A stretch of DNA of 32,000 nt from Kiritimatiella glycovorans (GTDB lineage: Bacteria > Verrucomicrobiota > Kiritimatiellia > Kiritimatiellales > Kiritimatiellaceae). The notes under the pieces are model-generated. The model saw only the letters and a list, made by a program, of their open reading frames with translations, had not been told where the DNA came from and did no database searches. This document shows positions 29,805 to 32,000 of the stretch, in pieces. The translations under genes were made by a program, and so were the position numbers. The stretch is taken from NCBI RefSeq assembly GCF_001017655.1, contig NZ_CP010904.1:570001-602000 (forward strand). The letters are read 5' to 3'. Numbering within the stretch: position 1 is the stretch's first letter; every line of letters starts with the position of its first letter.

Positions 29805-30488
29805 TGGCGACGGGTTACGAGCGATGAATTCATCGACTTTTTCTTCGAAGAGCAGGGCGCCATTTACGCCTGGTCATTCCAGTACATGCCGGTCGGTCGT
29901 GGCCCGGCCCTCGATCACATGGTTCCGCCGGATGAGCGCATTGAAATGCTGCGCCGTACTCAGCAACTGGTGCGCGAACGCAAGGTGTTCTACTCGGACT
30001 TCTGGAACAGCGGCGTCGCGAGCAGCGGCTGCATCAGTGCCGGTCGCCGCGGCGGCTACTTCGCGATCGACTGGAACGGCGACATCACCCCCTGTGTCTT
30101 CATCCAGTACGCAGTGGACAACATCTATGACCTCTACAGGCGCGGCGGCACCATTACCGACGCGCTCCAGGCCCCGCTGTTCAGGGAGATCCGCGCCTGG
30201 CAGAAGGAGTACGGATATGCGCAGGAGGCGGAAAGCGTGGGCAACTGGCTCTGTCCGTGCATCGTGCGCGATCACTTCGAGGTGCTTCGCGACGCCGTGC
30301 GCCGGACGGGTGCACGCCCCCTGAACAGAGAGGCCGCGGAGGCGCTCGAGGATCCCGACTATGTGCGGGGCATGATCGATTACGATCGCGAACTCGAAGA
30401 GAAAACGGAGCCGATCTGGACCCACGAGTACGCAGAGCAGGCCCAAGAGGAAGAGGCCCGGAGCACCTCCGATGCCGCGGCCAACTGA
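29805..30488 (+). pseudogene. Radical SAM enzyme, 3' portion (auxiliary Cys-rich, twitch/SPASM-like C-terminal region)
   Basis: It continues in frame from 28373 once the IS and one TSD copy are removed: ...TPTKEN|WRRVTSDEFIDFFFEEQGAIYAWSFQYMPVGRG.... The Cys pattern is SGC-X21-C-X52-CPC. The track ORF start at 29691 lies inside the IS. Confidence 0.85.
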
Positions 30489-31431
30489 ACGTCCGGAAGA
30501 CGCGGCGGCGGAGCCGGATCCGGCCCCGCTCATCAGCTTTATCCGGGAGTTCACGCGCGAGCGCAGCGCACCGGGCCTGGTCCTCGGCCTCAGCGGCGGA
30601 CTCGATTCGGCGGTCCTTTGCTCCCTCGCAGCCCGAGCGCTGGGCGGTGGTCATGTCCATGCCCTCATGCTCCCCGACCGCACGACGCCTGCCGAAAGCC
30701 TGCGCCACGCTCGCGCCTGCGCAGACGCTTGCGGCGTCGACCCCGTGCTTCAGCCCATCGATCCGGTGCTGCTGGCCTTCAAGGACTGGCGGCGCTCATG
30801 GATGCGGCGCCTTCCGCGCTTCCTGGCCGCACCCCTCCTGCGCGCCGGATACCGCCACTATACGAAAAAGGCGGGGCATAGTCCCTATGAAGCGGGCATG
30901 AACCCCTCTACGCCGGGACCCTATCGCCGCATGCGCCTGAGCGCCGAGGCTTATTACCGGCTCAAACACCGCGTCCGCGCCGTGATGCTCTACGAATACG
31001 CGGAACGTCGCGGACTCCCCGTCGCCGGCGCCGCCAACCGCACGGAGTGGATGACCGGTTTTTTTGTGCGCTACGGATGCGACCACCTGGCGGATGTCAT
31101 GCCCCTGCTTCACCTGTATAAAACCGGCGTGCGGCAACTCGCCCGCCGACTGCCGGTCCCGCGCGAAGTGATCGATATGGCCCCGTCACCCGACCTGATG
31201 CCGGGGATCACGGACGAATACGCCCTCGGTATCACCTACTCCCGCCTCGACGCCGTTCTCGAACTCCTCGACCGCCGCGAGTCCCCTGCGGACATTTCGA
31301 GACGGACCGGCATCCCCGGCGAAGAGGTGGAACGCGTGATCAAACTGCGCGAGCGGGCGGAAGCCATGCGCAGCACAGCGGCCACGGTCCACAACAGCCG
31401 CAAAGGAGCACAAAGGGACACAGAAGAATAA
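30472..31431 (+). CDS. NAD+ synthetase-like PP-loop ATP pyrophosphatase (divergent NadE family)
   Basis: PP-loop GLSGGLDSAV. NadE-like blocks RLKHRVRAVMLYEYA, GAANRTEWMTGFFVRYG, MPLLHLYKTGVRQLARRLPVP, PSPDL, DEYALGITYSRLD. The start ATG overlaps the radical SAM stop region by 17 nt. Confidence 0.75.
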   Translation: MPRPTERPEDAAAEPDPAPLISFIREFTRERSAPGLVLGLSGGLDSAVLCSLAARALGGGHVHALMLPDRTTPAESLRHARACADACGVDPVLQPIDPVLLAFKDWRRSWMRRLPRFLAAPLLRAGYRHYTKKAGHSPYEAGMNPSTPGPYRRMRLSAEAYYRLKHRVRAVMLYEYAERRGLPVAGAANRTEWMTGFFVRYGCDHLADVMPLLHLYKTGVRQLARRLPVPREVIDMAPSPDLMPGITDEYALGITYSRLDAVLELLDRRESPADISRRTGIPGEEVERVIKLRERAEAMRSTAATVHNSRKGAQRDTEE

Positions 31432-31455
31432 GGGCTTAAACGAAATCTTCCGCAG

Positions 31456-31475
31456 GGCCCCGCTTTGTCGGGGCC
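31456..31475 (+). terminator. Weak hairpin downstream of the nadE-like gene
   Basis: GGCCCCG-CTTTGT-CGGGGCC forms a 7-bp stem with no U-tract. Confidence 0.25.
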
Positions 31476-31610
31476 GGGTCGGGATAGGGGTGGAGGGTTG
31501 TTGAGTTGCTGGGTTGCCGGGAATGCGGCGATGAATGGTTATTCGCAGGTTTTTATGGAAGGTCGTCCGGGGGAACGGTGGAATGCGGGAGATCGGAGGC
31601 ACATGATACT

Positions 31611-31754
31611 CAGCGATTCTCATTATGGCTTCACCCTTTTCGGTCGGGGTGGCACCCGACCCTCCCAGTGCCCGAAAATGCGTCGGATATCGACTCGGGA
31701 GGGACGGCTGCCACGCCGTCCGCGGTCGGAATGCGGCCATAATGAGAACTGCTG
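31611..31754. mobile_element. Non-autonomous MITE-like element (144 bp)
   Basis: The 19-bp terminal inverted repeats are CAGCGATTCTCATTATGGC (31611-31629) and the reverse complement of 31736-31754, CAGCAGTTCTCATTATGGC (17/19 identical). They are flanked by identical 9-bp direct repeats CATGATACT (31602-31610 and 31755-31763). The element has no coding capacity. Confidence 0.6.
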
Positions 31755-31794
31755 CATGATACTTGGCCCTGCTTGCATTTCCCCGCCTCCGGCG

Positions 31795-32000
31795 TTACCC
31801 TGCCGACCGCTGTGCTAGACGGGGAGGTAGCGGTGCCCTGATCCCGCAGATCGCGGGGGACCTGCAATCCGCTGCAGCAGGGTCGAATCCCCGAGTGAGG
31901 CCGCACGCAGGCGGGCGGACCCTCAACCGGAGGGCGTGGAAGGCCGGACCCTATGCGACGGTTCGCGGTGAACCCCGTCAGGACCGGAAGGTAGCAGCGG
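31795..32000 (+). ncRNA. ffs: Signal recognition particle RNA, long Bacillus-type with Alu domain (3' part outside the window)
   Basis: GTGCTAGACGGGGAGGTAGCGGTGCCCTG...CCTGCAATCCGCT.CAGCAGGG.CGAATCCC matches the 5' Alu-domain of B. subtilis scRNA as I remember it. The window ends with CCCGTCAGGACCGGAAGGTAGCAGC, the conserved helix-8 5' strand (E. coli 4.5S has GGUCAGGUCCGGAAGGAAGCAGC). The 5' end is approximate. Confidence 0.8.

Noticed and set aside
27561-30488. Possibility that the radical SAM gene is the missing EpmB partner of efp/epmA.
   Set aside because: The domain layout (long N-terminal extension, SPASM/twitch-like C-terminal cysteines, coupling to a NadE-like gene) is unlike lysine 2,3-aminomutases, and it lies 26 kb away in a different operon.
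31518-31735. Three occurrences of the 9-mer GGAATGCGG (about 31519, 31579, 31727).
   Set aside because: It is short and GC-rich, and one copy lies inside the MITE. There is no consistent spacing or flanking similarity, so it is compatible with chance.
31800-31990. First impression of a cobalamin-type riboswitch (GGGAGGTAGCGGTGCCC..., AAGGCCGGACC).
   Set aside because: The segment matches the SRP RNA Alu domain much better, and the window ends in the invariant GTCAGGaCCGGAAGGtAGCAGC helix-8 motif. No downstream gene is visible for a riboswitch to control.

Overview
GC-rich bacterial chromosomal segment, mostly housekeeping genes. The 16S sequence looks PVC-like (Verrucomicrobia/Kiritimatiellia-type) to my eye, but I could not run a search, so this is tentative. 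Order of content: efp 3' end, then epmA, then a four-gene glycogen operon on the + strand (a 1427-aa GH13 + amylo-1,6-glucosidase fusion, glgP, glgA, and a eukaryote-type GH13_8 branching enzyme). A composite palindromic repeat follows, then an ACT-domain gene (-), a tandem-Usp gene (+), pdxA (-), and a second copy of the same repeat. Next is a complete rrn operon (16S, tRNA-Ala, tRNA-Ile, 23S, 5S) with tandem promoter candidates, processing stems and a strong intrinsic terminator. Then come rpsA-tyrS (+) and leuA-aroE-prepilin peptidase (-); leuA has a terminator/antiterminator leader. After that is a radical SAM gene split by an ISL3-family IS with a perfect 8-bp target duplication, a translationally coupled NadE-like PP-loop gene, a 144-bp MITE with a 9-bp target duplication, and the 5' part of a long (Alu-domain) SRP RNA that runs off the window. 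I saw no CRISPR array and no recognisable defence, toxin or phage module. The least explained items are: (1) the uncharacterised radical SAM + divergent NadE-like cassette, currently knocked out by the IS; (2) a hexamer-periodic palindromic repeat family present twice, possibly with a diverged relative flanking the rrn operon; (3) the leuA leader switch; (4) the eukaryote-like glycogen enzyme set. Many long ORFs in the supplied track are antisense or rRNA-internal artefacts of high GC and were not called.
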